From Eledone cirrhosa (Eukaryota): DNA of 64,000 nt. The DNA is taken from NCBI GenBank assembly GCA_964016885.1, contig OZ024742.1, positions 254,696,001 through 254,760,000 of the forward strand, written 5' to 3'. This document shows positions 24,562-38,624 of this stretch, piece after piece. The position numbers were made by a program, and so were the translations under genes. Position 1 is the first letter of the stretch. Each line of letters begins with the position of its first letter. Under the pieces are notes generated by a model. That model searched no databases. It was given only the letters and a program-made list of their open reading frames with translations, and was not told the origin of the DNA.

Positions 24562-26911
24562 TGAGTGAAAGAGCAGTGTTGGTTGTGGCAATCCCAACAT
24601 TTTTCTTTAATCCAAAGCAGCAACAAGTTTTTATAGAAAGTGTGTAGTAAGAGAGTATGTGTCTGTATGTGTGTGCAAGTAAGAGAGAGAGAGAAAGTGT
24701 GTGTGTGAGTGTATGAGTATGTCTATATTTATATCTGTGTCTGTGTTATGTACTGTAACATACCAGTTCACCACAGCCTGTACACAGTCAATGACTGAAA
24801 CCCATAATAGAGTTAAAAAACCTATGATCTTCATAAACTTACATAATTATAAAAGTTTCTCAATAGATATTTTACTGAGTAGACAACGTTTGATCCTTTA
24901 TGATCATATTTTTAATGGAATACACTCTATTTCAATGAATTAATGATGAATAATTTTGGGGGATTTACTACAATTAATAATTATTTGGTACCAAGATGGC
25001 AACATAATATGTGGTTCTTATATAAAATTATGTTGGAATTATGTTGCCTTCTCTATTCTTTGCACCGGGACTGTGGGGCTGCCAATGCAAGGGTCCCATT
25101 TGCATATAATGGGGAGAGCTAGAAAGACGGATCCAGTGAGTGAAAGAGGGAGAATATCAATACACACATGCACTTGATACGACTATAGCCACTGGCTCAT
25201 GTATTCAGTTTATCTTCTTCCTCTATGTCTTCACAAATAGACCATGTTCTTATTTGCAAACAAACCATGTTAGAAAATTTAAATTTAAATTGGCACCTTT
25301 TAAAATGGATGGTTTTGTTTTATAGAACCAGAACTGATTTTGGTTGATTTTGGCTGGATTGATTGATATCAAAAGGGTTAAAAAAACAATAACAAAAATA
25401 TGGTGCAAGAAATGTTGCCCAGCAACTTTCAAATGAATTAATAATTGTTTCTAATATAGGTACAAGGCCATCAATTTGGATGAATCAGAAAGGTAATTAA
25501 AAAGAAACCAAATTTTGACTGATACTTTATTTTATCATTCCCGGAAAGATGACTGGCAAAGGATGACAATGGGAGTTGAACTCAGAATGTAAAGAGTCGT
25601 AACTAAATTAGTGCAAGGCAATTTTGTCTGATGCTCAAACAATTCTGTTAATTTATAAATAGTAATAACAATAGTTACTCATTAAGGCACAAAGCCAGCA
25701 ATTTTCTGGCAAGTGGAAAATTGTTGAAATCAAACCTAGTGCTTGACTTGTACTTTATTTTATCAACCCAAAAAGGCATAATGGGTAAATTTAATTTACC
25801 ATAGCTTCAAGCACATCCTAACTTACATAATTCATTTAAATTCATGCAAATGACTAATTTGTGTTATACCATTATTATTTTTTTTTTTTTTCCTTTTCTT
25901 GTATACATTATAAAATCGTGCAATTGAATACTTCAATAAGCATACATGATTTCCTAAACATTCATGCTCATTATCATCATCATCATTATCAATTATGACC
26001 ACTTTCTATGCTGGATGATTTGTCATAGTCTAAGCCCAGACAAGTCTAATTGACCAATGTTTCTCATTATATTCTATATTTGGTATGGTATCATGGCTCA
26101 TTAGTATATGAATTACTGCCAATAGGTATATCAATAATGGAGTAGTTAAGTTCACTTCCCTATCATGAACTCCCAGCTTTTATATTACTGTCTGTCATCT
26201 TGAGCAAGTATATTTATCATACACTTAGGATTACCCAAGAAAAATTAGGTAGATGGAAACTGTTGAAATCTGTTGTATAGATTGTAACTGTTATTTAAAG
26301 GTCTTTCCTCGTCATATATTCTGTAACTCTGATTCTGCATTAAAGATACATGTGTTAGTGGAATGTTCAACCACTTGTTAATTCATGACTCAGACGTTCA
26401 GTTCTTTGAATGACTAAATGCTAATCATAAAAACTATGTGAGAAACCATCATTTTGTTTTTGTTAAAAGATATTATGAAACATGAAGTCCATTAAGACAA
26501 TCATGAATCAATTACATGTAGATGAAGCCTCCCCAAAGTAAGGGCTACATGAAAATTACAGGGGCATGCAAGTAAGACTGAAAATTTGCTTTATTATTTG
26601 CTAGCTTTAGCGATTTTTCTTGCAAAAAATAAAACTTTGCAATTTTACATTTAAAACCACATCTCCAAATTAAAATGATAACTGTGCCAATAAATTCTGT
26701 CCTATCAAAATAATGACACAATGAATTTCTGTTACCAAAGAAGGTGTGGGGTTGTCACAACAAATTCTTTCTAAAAACAGAAGTAAATGTGATTTAAAAA
26801 AACTTGAGAAGGTTTGATTTAGACACTGTCGATAATAATAATAATAATTATTTCTTTTTTTATTTCTATTTTTATTATTTTTTTTATTCTTATTTTGATA
26901 ATAATAATAAC

Positions 26912-26944
<33 letters not shown>

Positions 26945-27496
26945 CATCTTGTTTTACTTTTCCTAATGATAGCTCTGCACTATTTGTCTAACTTATCAAC
27001 AACAAGCAATTTTATTTCTTTCGTCTCTTGATAGTTTCAAAATGAAGAGAACATTTCAGTCTGTTTTCGAAATTAAAAGATCACTTATAAATAGAAATGG
27101 CTAACACAGAAAGTAAATTGCTTTTGTGTACTGATTTTTAAAGGAATTGTGTTGACGTAAATGGTGCATTGTTGAATTAAATTATACTTAGGGCCACACA
27201 AATGGATAGAAACATCGTGCTTAAACCATTTGAAAAAGTCTGAATATTATTGGAAGTCTATTGTTAATGAAATTCCAATTTGACTTTGGTTTTGTCTTCA
27301 ATGAGACACAAGTCTCCTTAATAGAAGACAACTGAGCAACAAGACAAGAATCATGAATAAGAGGAATAATGTGTTGGGGTTGTTGTTGTTTTGCATATTG
27401 ATTAGGAATATTAGCAACATATACAATGCCATTGTTATTCACATATAAGATATAGTTATATGCCTGTCATGATATATAGTAAGATATAATTATATG

Positions 27497-30352
27497 TCAT
27501 CATCATCATCATCATCATCAGGTTTAGCGTCCGTGTTCCACGCTTGCATGGGTTTGGACGGGGGTTTTCCCACTTGAGGCAAGAGTGGTTGTCTTGCTCG
27601 CATAGGACTGTCTGGCGGGTTTTCTACAGTTGGATGCCCTTCCTAACACCAACCACATTTACAGTGTGGGGCTGGGAGGTTTTTACCGTGTTGCCTACAC
27701 GGCCACATTACAGCGTGGACTGTCTGGCGGGTTTTCTACAGCTTGATGCCCTTCCTAACACCAACCACATTTACAGTGTGGGGCTGGGAGGTTTTTACCG
27801 TGTTGCCTACACGGCCACATTTACAGCGTGGACTGTGTGTTTTTTGTCGTGACACCTACACGATCTCATTTGTTTCGGCCTGGATGTTGTGGGACCAACA
27901 TAACTTTACATTGAAAGGGGCGGTGTGGGTGGGGTGGAGGTGGTGGGACGGGGGTGTGTTTTGATAGAGATGCCTACTGACTGTAGTAGGTTTTTACTTT
28001 GTATTTAGGTAAGGCGGGTCTTCTCTATTACTGAGTACCGCCAAAGGTCTCGGTCCAGTGACATTGTCTTGGAGAGGTGTAAGCGTGTGAGGTCGGAATT
28101 TATCAGCTCGTCCCATGTTTTTCTGGGTCTGCCTACTCCGTGGCTACCGTCTATCTTTATTGCCCTGCACTTTGTTATACAGCTGTCGTCTTTCATGCGC
28201 ATCACGTGACCGTACCAACGTAGCCTTCTCTCGAGTAAACAACATCTGATCCCTCTTATTTCTAATTTTTTCCTTAGTTCGTTTATGCTTTGCCGTTCAC
28301 GTATATTACTATTGCACATCCAGCGGAGCATGCAAGCTTCGTTCCTCTCTAGTCTGCGTATATCCTCTGCACACAATGCCCAGGTCTCACTGCCATGCAG
28401 CATTGCTGTTCGTATGCAGGCATCGTATAACCTGCCTTTCATTTTTAGGGAGAACCCTCTAGCGGCTAATAGTGGTATAAGCTCTCTGAACTTTTTCCAT
28501 CCAGTTCTGACTCTAGCTACAGTACTTTCAGAGCACCCTCCCCCACTGCTGATTTTGTCACCCAGATAACGGAAGCTGTCCACTATTTCTATAGAACCCT
28601 CTGCGCAGTTGAAGGAGCTAGTATTTTGTGGGCACTTGCTGCTACTTATTGCACCAGAGCACCGGCCACATGTAAAATCTATGTTCTTAGTTAGCTTACC
28701 TGTGATCCCACTACATCTTTTATGCACCCATACTTTGCATTTGGGACATAAAATGGAGTTTCTACCTACGCCTTTCCTACACACTGAGCATGGCCATTTC
28801 CCCGATGGGACCGCCGCCTTATTTTCTTTCCTACAAACTAGAACTTTAGTCTTAGCCAGGTTAATTTTAAGGCCTTTTGATTCTAGGCCGTGCTTCCACG
28901 TTTGGAATTTCTTCTCTAGTTCGGTCATTGATTCAGCTATGAGCGTTAGATCATCTGCGTATAGGAGTTCCCATGGGCAGCCGGTCTTGAACTCCTCTGT
29001 TATAGCCTGAAGGGCAATAATAAATAGTAGGGGGCTAAGTACAGAGCCCTGATGGACACCAACTTTCACGCTAAACTCTTCACTATATTCGTTGTTAATT
29101 CTAACCTTACTGACTGTTTCTTTATACATGGCTTGTATAGCTCTCACAAGCCATTCGTCAACACCTAGTTTTCTAAGAGACCACCAGATAATGGAACGGG
29201 GGACTCTGTCGAAGGCTTTCTCCAAGTCGACAAAAGCTAAGTATAGGGGTTTACTTTTAGCTAGGTACTTCTCCTGTAGTTGTCGTACAATGAAAAGAGC
29301 GTCTGTGGTACTTTTGCCTGACACAAACCCGAACTGCATTTCATCTAGATCAATTCTCTCTCTGATTAGTTGCGCTATTACTTTTTCCGTGACCTTCATG
29401 ACCTGGTCGATTAATTTAATGCCTCTATAGTTACTCCTATCTAGGGCATCTCCTTTTCCCTTATAGCAGTTAACGATGATGCTGCTACGCCATTCCTTCG
29501 GAACAACCCCATTCTGTACGACTTGGTTAACTATCCGGGTGACCATGGTGTGTCCCACCGAACCAGATGCCTTCAGCATCTCAGCAACTATTTCCGAAGG
29601 CCCAGCCGCCTTACCCGTCTTCATATCTTTGATTGCCTTACTTATTATACTACCTTCAACTAACACTGCTGGTCCCTCTATTGGATCGATCTGGGGGAGA
29701 CTGTCTTTCTCCCATTTGTTCTCCTCATTTAGAAGCCTTTCGTAGTGACACTTCCAAGCTACCTTCTTATCAGCGTCGGTGATGGCAAGTATGCCATCAT
29801 CGTTAAGTACACACTTCTCCCCGATAATATCACGGTTTTCCTTGACACATTGCCTGGCAATCCTGAACACCTCACGTTTTTGGTCCTCACGTTGTAGAAC
29901 ATGCTTGAACTTTCTTTCCTCTGCTTCCCTTCTTGCGAAGTACACTTGTCTCCTAGCTTCCCTCCTGGCCACTTGATAGTCTTCTCTACTTCCCCCATCC
30001 CGCCATACTTTCCAAGCCTGCTTTTTGGCCTTAATTGACTCCTCCACCTTACTGTTCCACCACCATGTTACTCTCCTCCTACCTACAGGCCTGCTCCAGC
30101 CACAGACTTCGTCTGCCGCCGTCAGCAGGTTTGCTCTCAGGAATTCCCACTGTTCCTCTATATTATACGACTCTAATTGCTCTTCCTTACTGTCGAAAGC
30201 GTCAAGTAATATGCTTTGAAATTTATTTCTGGCTATGGGGTCCTTTAGCTTCCATATTTTTCTCCTGAGGATAGTCCTCTTCCGCTGTCTAGTACGTCTC
30301 GTCCTGACTATGAGGTCGCTAATTATCAGTCTATGTTGGGAGGTGAATTCTT
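27497..30352 (-). mobile_element. Young 5'-truncated RTE-clade LINE
   Basis: Long open RT ORF, 3' UTR with a 112-bp duplication, (GAT)n tail; breaks off near the end of the APE domain (EFTSQHRL). Confidence 0.95.
28005..30047 (-). CDS. RTE LINE reverse transcriptase with PHD-like zinc finger (N-terminally truncated)
   Basis: NYRGIKL, QFGF, FVDLEKAFD, GVHQGSVLSPLLF, LLYADD, FRYLG; CxxC..CxxC..HxxC..CxxC. Confidence 0.93.
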   Translation of the reverse strand: MEESIKAKKQAWKVWRDGGSREDYQVARREARRQVYFARREAEERKFKHVLQREDQKREVFRIARQCVKENRDIIGEKCVLNDDGILAITDADKKVAWKCHYERLLNEENKWEKDSLPQIDPIEGPAVLVEGSIISKAIKDMKTGKAAGPSEIVAEMLKASGSVGHTMVTRIVNQVVQNGVVPKEWRSSIIVNCYKGKGDALDRSNYRGIKLIDQVMKVTEKVIAQLIRERIDLDEMQFGFVSGKSTTDALFIVRQLQEKYLAKSKPLYLAFVDLEKAFDRVPRSIIWWSLRKLGVDEWLVRAIQAMYKETVSKVRINNEYSEEFSVKVGVHQGSVLSPLLFIIALQAITEEFKTGCPWELLYADDLTLIAESMTELEKKFQTWKHGLESKGLKINLAKTKVLVCRKENKAAVPSGKWPCSVCRKGVGRNSILCPKCKVWVHKRCSGITGKLTKNIDFTCGRCSGAISSSKCPQNTSSFNCAEGSIEIVDSFRYLGDKISSGGGCSESTVARVRTGWKKFRELIPLLAARGFSLKMKGRLYDACIRTAMLHGSETWALCAEDIRRLERNEACMLRWMCNSNIRERQSINELRKKLEIRGIRCCLLERRLRWYGHVMRMKDDSCITKCRAIKIDGSHGVGRPRKTWDELINSDLTRLHLSKTMSLDRDLWRYSVIEKTRLT

Positions 30353-30764
30353 TTTGTATGTTATGTATGTTATATATATGGCATGTTATATAGCAAGATA
30401 TATTTATATATATGTTATATGCTTATGTAATATAGCAAAATATAGTTATATGTATGTTATATGCATGTTATGTTATATAGCAAGATATAGTTAGATATTG
30501 TTATAATTTGGGAGGGTCATGCTGCCAATAAAAAAAAATGCACTTGTTGGTTTTCACTTCAATTTATTATAAATTTCTGGTTGGTTGGTACAATAACTGG
30601 ATGGTTGTTTATATATTGTTAAATCGCTCTTTTTCTTTTGTCACACATTCGGTGACCTCGTCAGTGATCAATTACTTATTTTGTGTGTCTCATTTGTTCT
30701 GCCCCACACCATCTTGTTTTGTGTGTTGTGTGGTTAGATGTATGTTATTTATATATATATATAT

Positions 30765-31310
30765 AGGAGAAAGGAAGAAAGGAGTTTCTATCGTCAGCTG
30801 TAAATGTATCCCGAACCGATGTTTCGGCGCTGAATTACAGGACATTGGTGTAGTTTGGGTGCGCCCGAGGCCTTTTATTAATCAAAAGGCCAGGCGGAAA
30901 AGGAGAGAGAAAGAGAGAAAAAAAAGAGAAAGAAAAGGAAAGAGAGGGAAAGGAGGAAGAACAGGAGGGAAGATGAGGAAAGAGGAAGAAGGTGAAAAAT
31001 AGAAAAGGAATAGATGAAAAAAAAGTGTACAGATCCCATCGTGGGAAGACACAGGTGAAAGAAACATGCAAAAAGGTAACCGTGGAAAAATAGGGAAAGT
31101 AAGTTGTTGCCAACCTAGTAGACTTTAGCCTGGTGGTCAGCTACGACTCAGAGCTGGTATAATCGTGCTGCCTCTCACATAGACAGGAGATAGTGAGAGA
31201 AAGACATGGGCAACCAAAAGTGAGGAGGAGAAGGGAAAGGGAGATAATCCGGAAGGGTTTATTTTATGACGGTGGTAAAAACGTGCTGCAAAGATTGCGG
31301 ACAGAGAGGC
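30765..31310. mobile_element. Copy of the unclassified family at 13300-13980
   Basis: Shared tcagctgtaaa, gatgtttcggcgct, ggccttttat..aaaaggcc, agactttag, gggagataatcc. Confidence 0.6.
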
Positions 31311-31619
31311 TACACACGTACATACACACATATACACACATACACATACATACATATACATACATACATACATACATACATACATACATACATACACATA
31401 AATTAATATATATACATATATATATATATATAGTGTGAAACAAAAAACCATATCATTTGTGGTGCATCTCTGTTTTTTCATATATTAAACTATATATACA
31501 TATATACAGACATATACATATATATATATACTCACACATACATATATATATATATATATATAAATTATTAAAGAAATAATGAATAAACATAGAAACAGTT
31601 CCTTATATTAAAAAAAAAT

Positions 31620-31761
31620 TCATCATTTTACGATCGTTTCTAGGATATATATGTGTTAGAGTTGGTATGCATATTCTATAGATCTATGTACAATATTTAT
31701 ACAAACTATCAGAGGGAATATACATACCTACACATATATATGCTGTCTTCAGAAATAATGA
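31620..31761 (-). ncRNA. Type I hammerhead motif of Penelope 3' region (family H, left arm)
   Basis: Reverse complement of 38625-38766. Confidence 0.65.
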
Positions 31762-32421
31762 TATTTGTTTATTGATAAGAACAAAGATTCAATACAATAG
31801 GTCTGTTTGGGAACAGGTTTTGAATTGACCAATCAGGAGATAGTGAGGGTCAAGATAGTAATATAGTAGTAAGAGAACCTTAAATTATGGGTAGAGGAAG
31901 GTAGATTTCAGTTTTGGATGGAAAAGAGTATTATGAATGAAGGATTATTTTAGGGAAGAAATAGGTCACATGCTGACCTCAGAAATAATTTTATTTGTTC
32001 ATTGAATAAAACCAACAAAGATCTAATATATTCTGTCTGTTTGGTAAGAGGTTTAGAATTAACCAATAGAAAGTTAATAGTTGGCCAAATGGTAAAATAG
32101 TAGTGATTGAAGCTTATTTTAGGGGTGAAACTAGGTCAGGTGGTCAGTAAAAGGTATACAAGCAGTTGCTGTTATAAAATAGTAATGCCAATACAAATAT
32201 CTAAGGTGACCAAAGTTTTAAGATAAGAATGTTAGTGAAAAAATACATCTATGAAAAGAATATAAAATTAATTTAATTGATGGTTATATTTATATTGATA
32301 AAATTATACTAATGCATATAGATATGATAAATAAGAGTTAGATGCAGTTGAAAAGTGCTGCTAAAGATGTGTGGAGATTAAAAGAATATAAAAATAATAT
32401 ATATATATATATATATATACC

Positions 32422-32461
<40 letters not shown>

Positions 32462-32530
32462 TACATACATATACACATACACACATATATATATATATAC
32501 ATATATACATACACACATATACACACACAC

Positions 32531-32562
<32 letters not shown>

Positions 32563-33224
32563 TTATATATATACACACATACATAGACACATACATACAT
32601 ACACACATATATACACACACATACACACTTATATATGCATATAATTATTGGGGGGGGGAATTAAATTTATTAGTGGGAAATAGTAAATATATATAGATTT
32701 CAAGGAACATAGAGTCATAACCTGAAGTTAAAGCATTATATATGTTTACTTAATGGTATCAGTATTAGGAAATGATATTTGTAAGGAGGAAAGCCAAATT
32801 ATGTAGTTCATCAGTAGTAGAATATTAATTATAGGTTAACTAAATTAAAAATAGTTTATATTAATTTCCAAAGTGTATATTATTTAGGTTTATAATATTT
32901 AAAGCAGAATTATGTAGTTCATCAGTAGTAGAATATTAATTATAGGTTAACTAAATTAAAAATAATTATATATGTTTACTTAATGGTATCAGTTTTAGGA
33001 AATGATATTTGTAAGGAGGAAAGCCAAATTATGTAGTTCATCAGTAGTAGAATATTAATTATATGTTAACTAAATTAAAAATAGTTTATATATTAATTTC
33101 TAAAGTGTATATTAATTAGTTTTATAATATTTAAAGCAGAATTATCTAATTCTTCAGTAGTAGAATATTAATTATAGGTTAACTGAATTAAAAATAATTT
33201 ATATATTAATTTCTAAAGTGTATA

Positions 33225-33749
33225 TTAATTAGGTTTATAATATTTAAAGGTTTTTCTCAGTTTATGATTACACGATATTATTAATTCCTGTCGCTTATTT
33301 AATATGATATCCTTAGATTTCATTATTTCGAAAAGTTCTTGGGAACATAATCTACATTCATTTCTACTATTTTGATAAGGGGTGGCCCTTTTGAGCACAC
33401 TCCAGGTCAGGTCATATTCTATATTCCTCTTTCTATAACTATTAATTATTTCAGCTAGAGATGTTGTATTAGCTAGTGCGGCATTTTTAAAACTATGTTT
33501 GTGGGTATTAAATCTTACCTTAAAATTGTTAGAGGTAGCTCCTATATATGAATAAGTAGAGTCCTTAGTGCTAACTTTACATTTATATATTATGTTATTA
33601 ACAAGGCAATTTCCTTTTAATGGACAGTTTGCCTTGTTTCTACAGTTACAACTTTTCGTGAATCCTGTATCTGAGGAGATATTATGGTTAGTTTGATGTA
33701 CTGGTGGTATACTCATGGTTTTTTTTACATTTATACGCATTATAGGCAC
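33225..33749 (-). pseudogene. Penelope GIY-YIG endonuclease (inverted partial copy)
   Basis: CNCRNKANCPLKGNC, IIYKC..YSYIGATSNNFKVRFNTHKHSF, CRLCSQE..LNKRQE. Confidence 0.9.
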
Positions 33750-34003
33750 TTATATTTTGTTTTTGTTTTTGGTTGTTGAGTAGGGGAATTTAACCGTTGA
33801 TCTATTTAAGATTTGATGGTATTTGTGGTTTGGCGGGAAGTTTTTCTATAGGATATTAAAGAATATTTTAGGTATATTATCCTTAATTTGTAAATTAAAT
33901 GGAGCATTATACCAAGTAACTCGTCTATTACGGTTTCTATGTTGTTTATTGTTTTTATAGGATGCATCCTGATGTTTATTAAGAGAATTATTGTTAATGA
34001 CCT

Positions 34004-35408
34004 TAGCCTCTCAGAGATAGAAAAAAATAAAAAGCTTATTAGAACTTTCCTTAAAGACTATTATAGTCTAGATATTACATTTGAAAACACAAGTAAAGTA
34101 GTTAATTTCCTAGATATGACATTAGACTTATCTACGGGTATTTACCAACCTTACCATAAACCCAACCAAAATTTACACTACATACACTCACAATCTAATC
34201 ACCCTAAATCTATCCTTAAAAACCTTGCATATAATATATCACTTAGAATTTCTAACCTTTCATCTAACCAAGATGTATTTGATAAAAATGCGACCTTTTA
34301 TAACGAAGCTCTAGCTAGAAGTGGCCACAAAAATAGATTAGTATATATACCTTCTACCAATAACACTACAAACATACAACCTAATATTACCAACAAACAC
34401 CAAATGAAACATACACACCTAAATACCACTCACACTATACCCCAAAACACCAACATAAAACCAAATTTCTCTAACTCTTCTAATATACAGTATAGTAACT
34501 CTCAAAAAACTACTCATCCTACAACTCTAATAAATGTTAATAATAAAACTCCTAATAAACAAGCTAAAACACCTAAATCAATAAATCTAACTAGAAATGT
34601 GTGTGGAGAGGTCATTAACAATAATTCTCTTAATAAACATCAGGATGCATCCTATAAAAACAATAAACAACATAGAAACCGTAATAGACGAGTTACTTGG
34701 TATAATGCTCCATTTAATTTACAAATTAAGGATAATATACCTAAAAAATTCTTTAATATCCTATAGAAAAACTTCCCGCCAAACCACAAATACCATCAAA
34801 TCTTAAATAGATCAACGGTTAAATTCTCCTACTCAACAACCAAAAACATAAAACAAAATATAAGTGCCTATAATGCATATAAATGTAAAAAAACCATGAG
34901 TATACCACCAGTACATCAAACTAACCATAATATCTCCTCAGATATAGGATTCACGAAAAGTTGTAACTGTAGAAACAAGGCAAACTGTCCATTAAAAGGA
35001 AATTGCCTTGTTAATAACATAATATATAAATGTAAAGTTAGCACTAAGGACTCTACTTATTCATATATAGGAGCTACCTCTAACAAATTTAAGGTAAGAT
35101 TTAATACCCACAAACATAGTTTTAAAAATGCCGCACTAGCTAATACAACATCTCTAGCTGAAATAATTAATAGTTATAGAAAGAGGAATATAGAATATGA
35201 CCTGACCTGGAGTGTGCTCAAAAGGGCCACCCCTTATCAAAATAGTAGAAATGAATGTAGATTATGTTCCCAAGAACTTTTCGAAATAATGAAATCTAAG
35301 GATATCATATTAAATAAGCGACAGGAATTAATAATATCGTGTAATCATAAACTGAGAAACTGAGAAAAACCTTCAACTGAGAAAAACCTTTAAATATTAT
35401 AAACCTAA
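34004..35408 (+). pseudogene. Penelope RT C-terminus/thumb, linker and GIY-YIG, frameshifted and 5'-truncated
   Basis: VNFLDMTLDL..YQPYHKPN..YIHSQSNHP, RRVTWYNAPF, then GIY-YIG ORF 34896-35363. Confidence 0.9.
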
Positions 35409-35952
35409 TTAATATACACTTTAGAAATTAATATATAAATTATTTTTAATTTAGTTAACCTATAATTAATATTCTACTACTGAAGAATTACATAATTCTG
35501 CTTTAAATATTATAAAACTAATTAATATACACTTTAGAAATTAATATATAAACTATTTTTAATTTAGTTAACCTATAATTAATATTCTACTACTGATGAA
35601 CCACATAATTTGGCTTTCCTTCTTACAAATATCATTTCCTAAATCTGATACCATTAAGTAAACATATATAATTATTTTTAATTTAGTTAACCTATAATTA
35701 ATATTCTACTACTGATGAACTACATAATTTGGCTTTCCTTACAAATATCATTTCCTAATACTGAAACCATTAAGTAAACATATATAATGCTTTAACTTCA
35801 GGTTATGACTCTATGTTCCTTGAAATCTATATATATTTACTATTTCCCACTAATAAATTTAATCCCCCCCCCCCAATAATTATATGCATATATAAGTGTG
35901 TATGTGTGTGTATATATGTGTGTATGTATGTATGTGTCTATGTATGTGTGTG

Positions 35953-36017
<65 letters not shown>

Positions 36018-36060
36018 ATATGTGTGTATGTATATGTGTGTATGTGTGTATATGTGTGTA

Positions 36061-36092
<32 letters not shown>

Positions 36093-36190
36093 CATGTATG
36101 TATATGTATGTGTATATAGGTGTATATATATGTGTGTATGTATATATGTATATATATATATATATATGTGTGTATGTGTATATGTATGTA

Positions 36191-36232
<42 letters not shown>

Positions 36233-36249
36233 GGTATATATATATATAT

Positions 36250-37981
36250 AGAGAGAGAATTGACCTAGATGAAATGCAGTTCGGGTTTGTGTCAGGCAAA
36301 AGTACCACAGACGCTCTTTTCATAGTACGACAACTACAGGAGAAGTACCTAGCTAAAGGTAAACCCCTCTACTTAGCTTTTGTCGACTTGGAGAAAGCCT
36401 TCGACAGAGTCCCCCGCTCCATTATCTGGTGGGCTCTTAGAAAACTAGGCGTTGACGAATGGCTTGTGAGGGCTATACAAGCCATGTATAAAGAAACAGT
36501 CAGCAAGGTTAGAATTAACAACGAATATAGTGAAGAGTTTAGCGTAAAAGTTGGCGTCCATCAGGGCTCTGTTCTCAGCCCCCTACTATTTATTATTGCC
36601 CTTCAGGCTATAACAGAGGAGTTCAAGACAGGCTGCCCATGGGAACTCCTATACGCAGACGACCTGACACTCATAGCGGAATCAATGGCCGAGCTAGAGA
36701 AGAAATTCCAAACATGGAAGCACGGCCTAGAGTCAAAAGGACTTAAAATTAACCTGGCTAAGACCAAAGTTCTAGTTTGTAGGAAAGAAAACAAGGCGGC
36801 GGTCCCTTCTGGGAAATGGTCGTGCTCGGTGTGTAGGAAAGGCGTAGGTAGAAACTCCATTTTGTGTCCTAAATGCAAAGTATGGGTGCATAAAAGATGT
36901 AGTGGGATCACAGGTAAGCTAACTAAGAACATAGATTTTACATGTGGCCGGTGTTCTGGTGCAATAAGTAGCAGCAAGTGCCCACACAATACTAGCTCTT
37001 TCAATTGCGCAGAGGGTTCTATAGAAATAGTGGACAGCTTCCGTTACCTGGGCGATAAAATCAGCAGTGGGGGAGGGTGCTCTGAAAGTACTGTAGCTAG
37101 AGTCAGAACTGGTTGGAAAAAGTTCAGAGAGCTTATACCACTATTAGCTGCTAAAGGGTTCTCCCTAAAAATGAAAGGCAGGTTGTACGATGCCTGCATA
37201 CGAACAGCAATGTTGCATGGCAGTGAGACCTGGGCATTGTGTGCAGAGGATATACGCAGACTAGAGAGGAACGAAGCTTGCATGCTCCGCTGGATGTGTA
37301 ACAGTAATATACGTGAACGGCAAAGCATAAACGAACTAAGGAAAAAATTAGAGATAAGAGGGATCAGATGTTGTTTACTCGAGAGAAGGCTACGTTGGTA
37401 TGGACACGTGATGCGCATGAAAGTCGATAGCTGTATAACAAAGTGCAGGGCAATAAAGATAGACGGTAGCCACGGAATAGGCAGACCTAGAAAAACCTGG
37501 GACGAGCTGATAAACTCCGACCTCACACACTTACACCTCTCCAAGACAATGTCACTGGACCGAGACCTTTGGCGGTACTCAGTAACAGAGAAAACCCGCC
37601 TTGCCAGTAGGCATCTCTAACAAAATACACCCCGTCCCACCACCACCACCCCCACCCCATCCACACCACCCCGTCCTATGTAAAGTTATGTTGGTGCCGC
37701 GCCATCCGGGCCGAAACAAATGAGATCGTGTAGGTGTCACGACAAAAAACACACAGTCCACGCTGTAATGTGGCCGTGTAGGCAACACGGTAAAAACCTC
37801 CCAGACCCACACTGTAAATGTGGTTGGTGTTAGGAAGGGCATCCAACTGTAGAAAACCTGCCAGACAGTCCTATGCGAGCAAGACAATCACTCTTGCCTC
37901 AAGTGGGACTACCCCCGTCCAAACCCATGCAAGCGTGGAACACGGACGTTAAACGTTGATGATGATGATGATGATGATGAT
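36250..37981 (+). mobile_element. Young 5'-truncated RTE LINE inserted in a (TA)n tract of the Penelope arm
   Basis: ORF to 37620 nearly identical to the 57876 copy; absent from the left arm at ~32395-32420. Confidence 0.95.
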
Positions 37982-38624
37982 ATATATATTATTTTTATAT
38001 TCTTTTAATCTCCCCTCATCTTTAACAGCACTTTTCAACTGCATCTAACTCTTATTTATCATATCTATATGTATTAGTATAATTTTATCAATATAAATAT
38101 AACCATCAATTAAATTAATTTTATATTCTTTTCATAGATGTATTTTTTCACTAACATTCTTATCTTAAAACTTTGGTCACCTTAGATATTTGTATTGGCA
38201 TTACTATTTTATAACAGCAACTGCTTGTATACCTTTTACTGACCACCTGACCTAGTTTCACCCCTAAAATAAGCTTCAATCACTACTATTTTACCATTTG
38301 GCCAACTATTAACTTTCTATTGGTTAATTCTAAACCTCTTACCAAACAGACAGAATATATTAGATCTTTGTTGGTGTTATTCAATGAACAAATAAAATTA
38401 TTTCTGAGGTCAGCATATGACCTATTTCTTCCCTAAAATAATCCTTCATTCATAATACTCTTTTCCATCCAAAACTGAAATCTACCTTCCTCTACCCATA
38501 ATTTAAGGTTCTCTTACTACTATATTACTATCTTGACCCTCACTATCTCCTGATTGGTCAATTCAAAACCTGTTCCCAAACAGACCTATTGTATTGAATC
38601 TTTGTTCTTATCAATAAACAAATA

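Noticed and set aside
27034-27442. Possible host exon(s)
   Set aside because: Acceptor-like AG at ~27034 leads to stops in all frames; the 73-aa minus ORF has no recognisable homology
35470-35775. CTGATGA/CTGAAGA in the ~115-bp Penelope tandem repeats
   Set aside because: No consistent helix II-GAAA-helix III-UH arrangement
35896-36250. Long N-terminal extension of the 574-aa RT ORF
   Set aside because: Microsatellite read-through upstream of a 5'-truncated LINE
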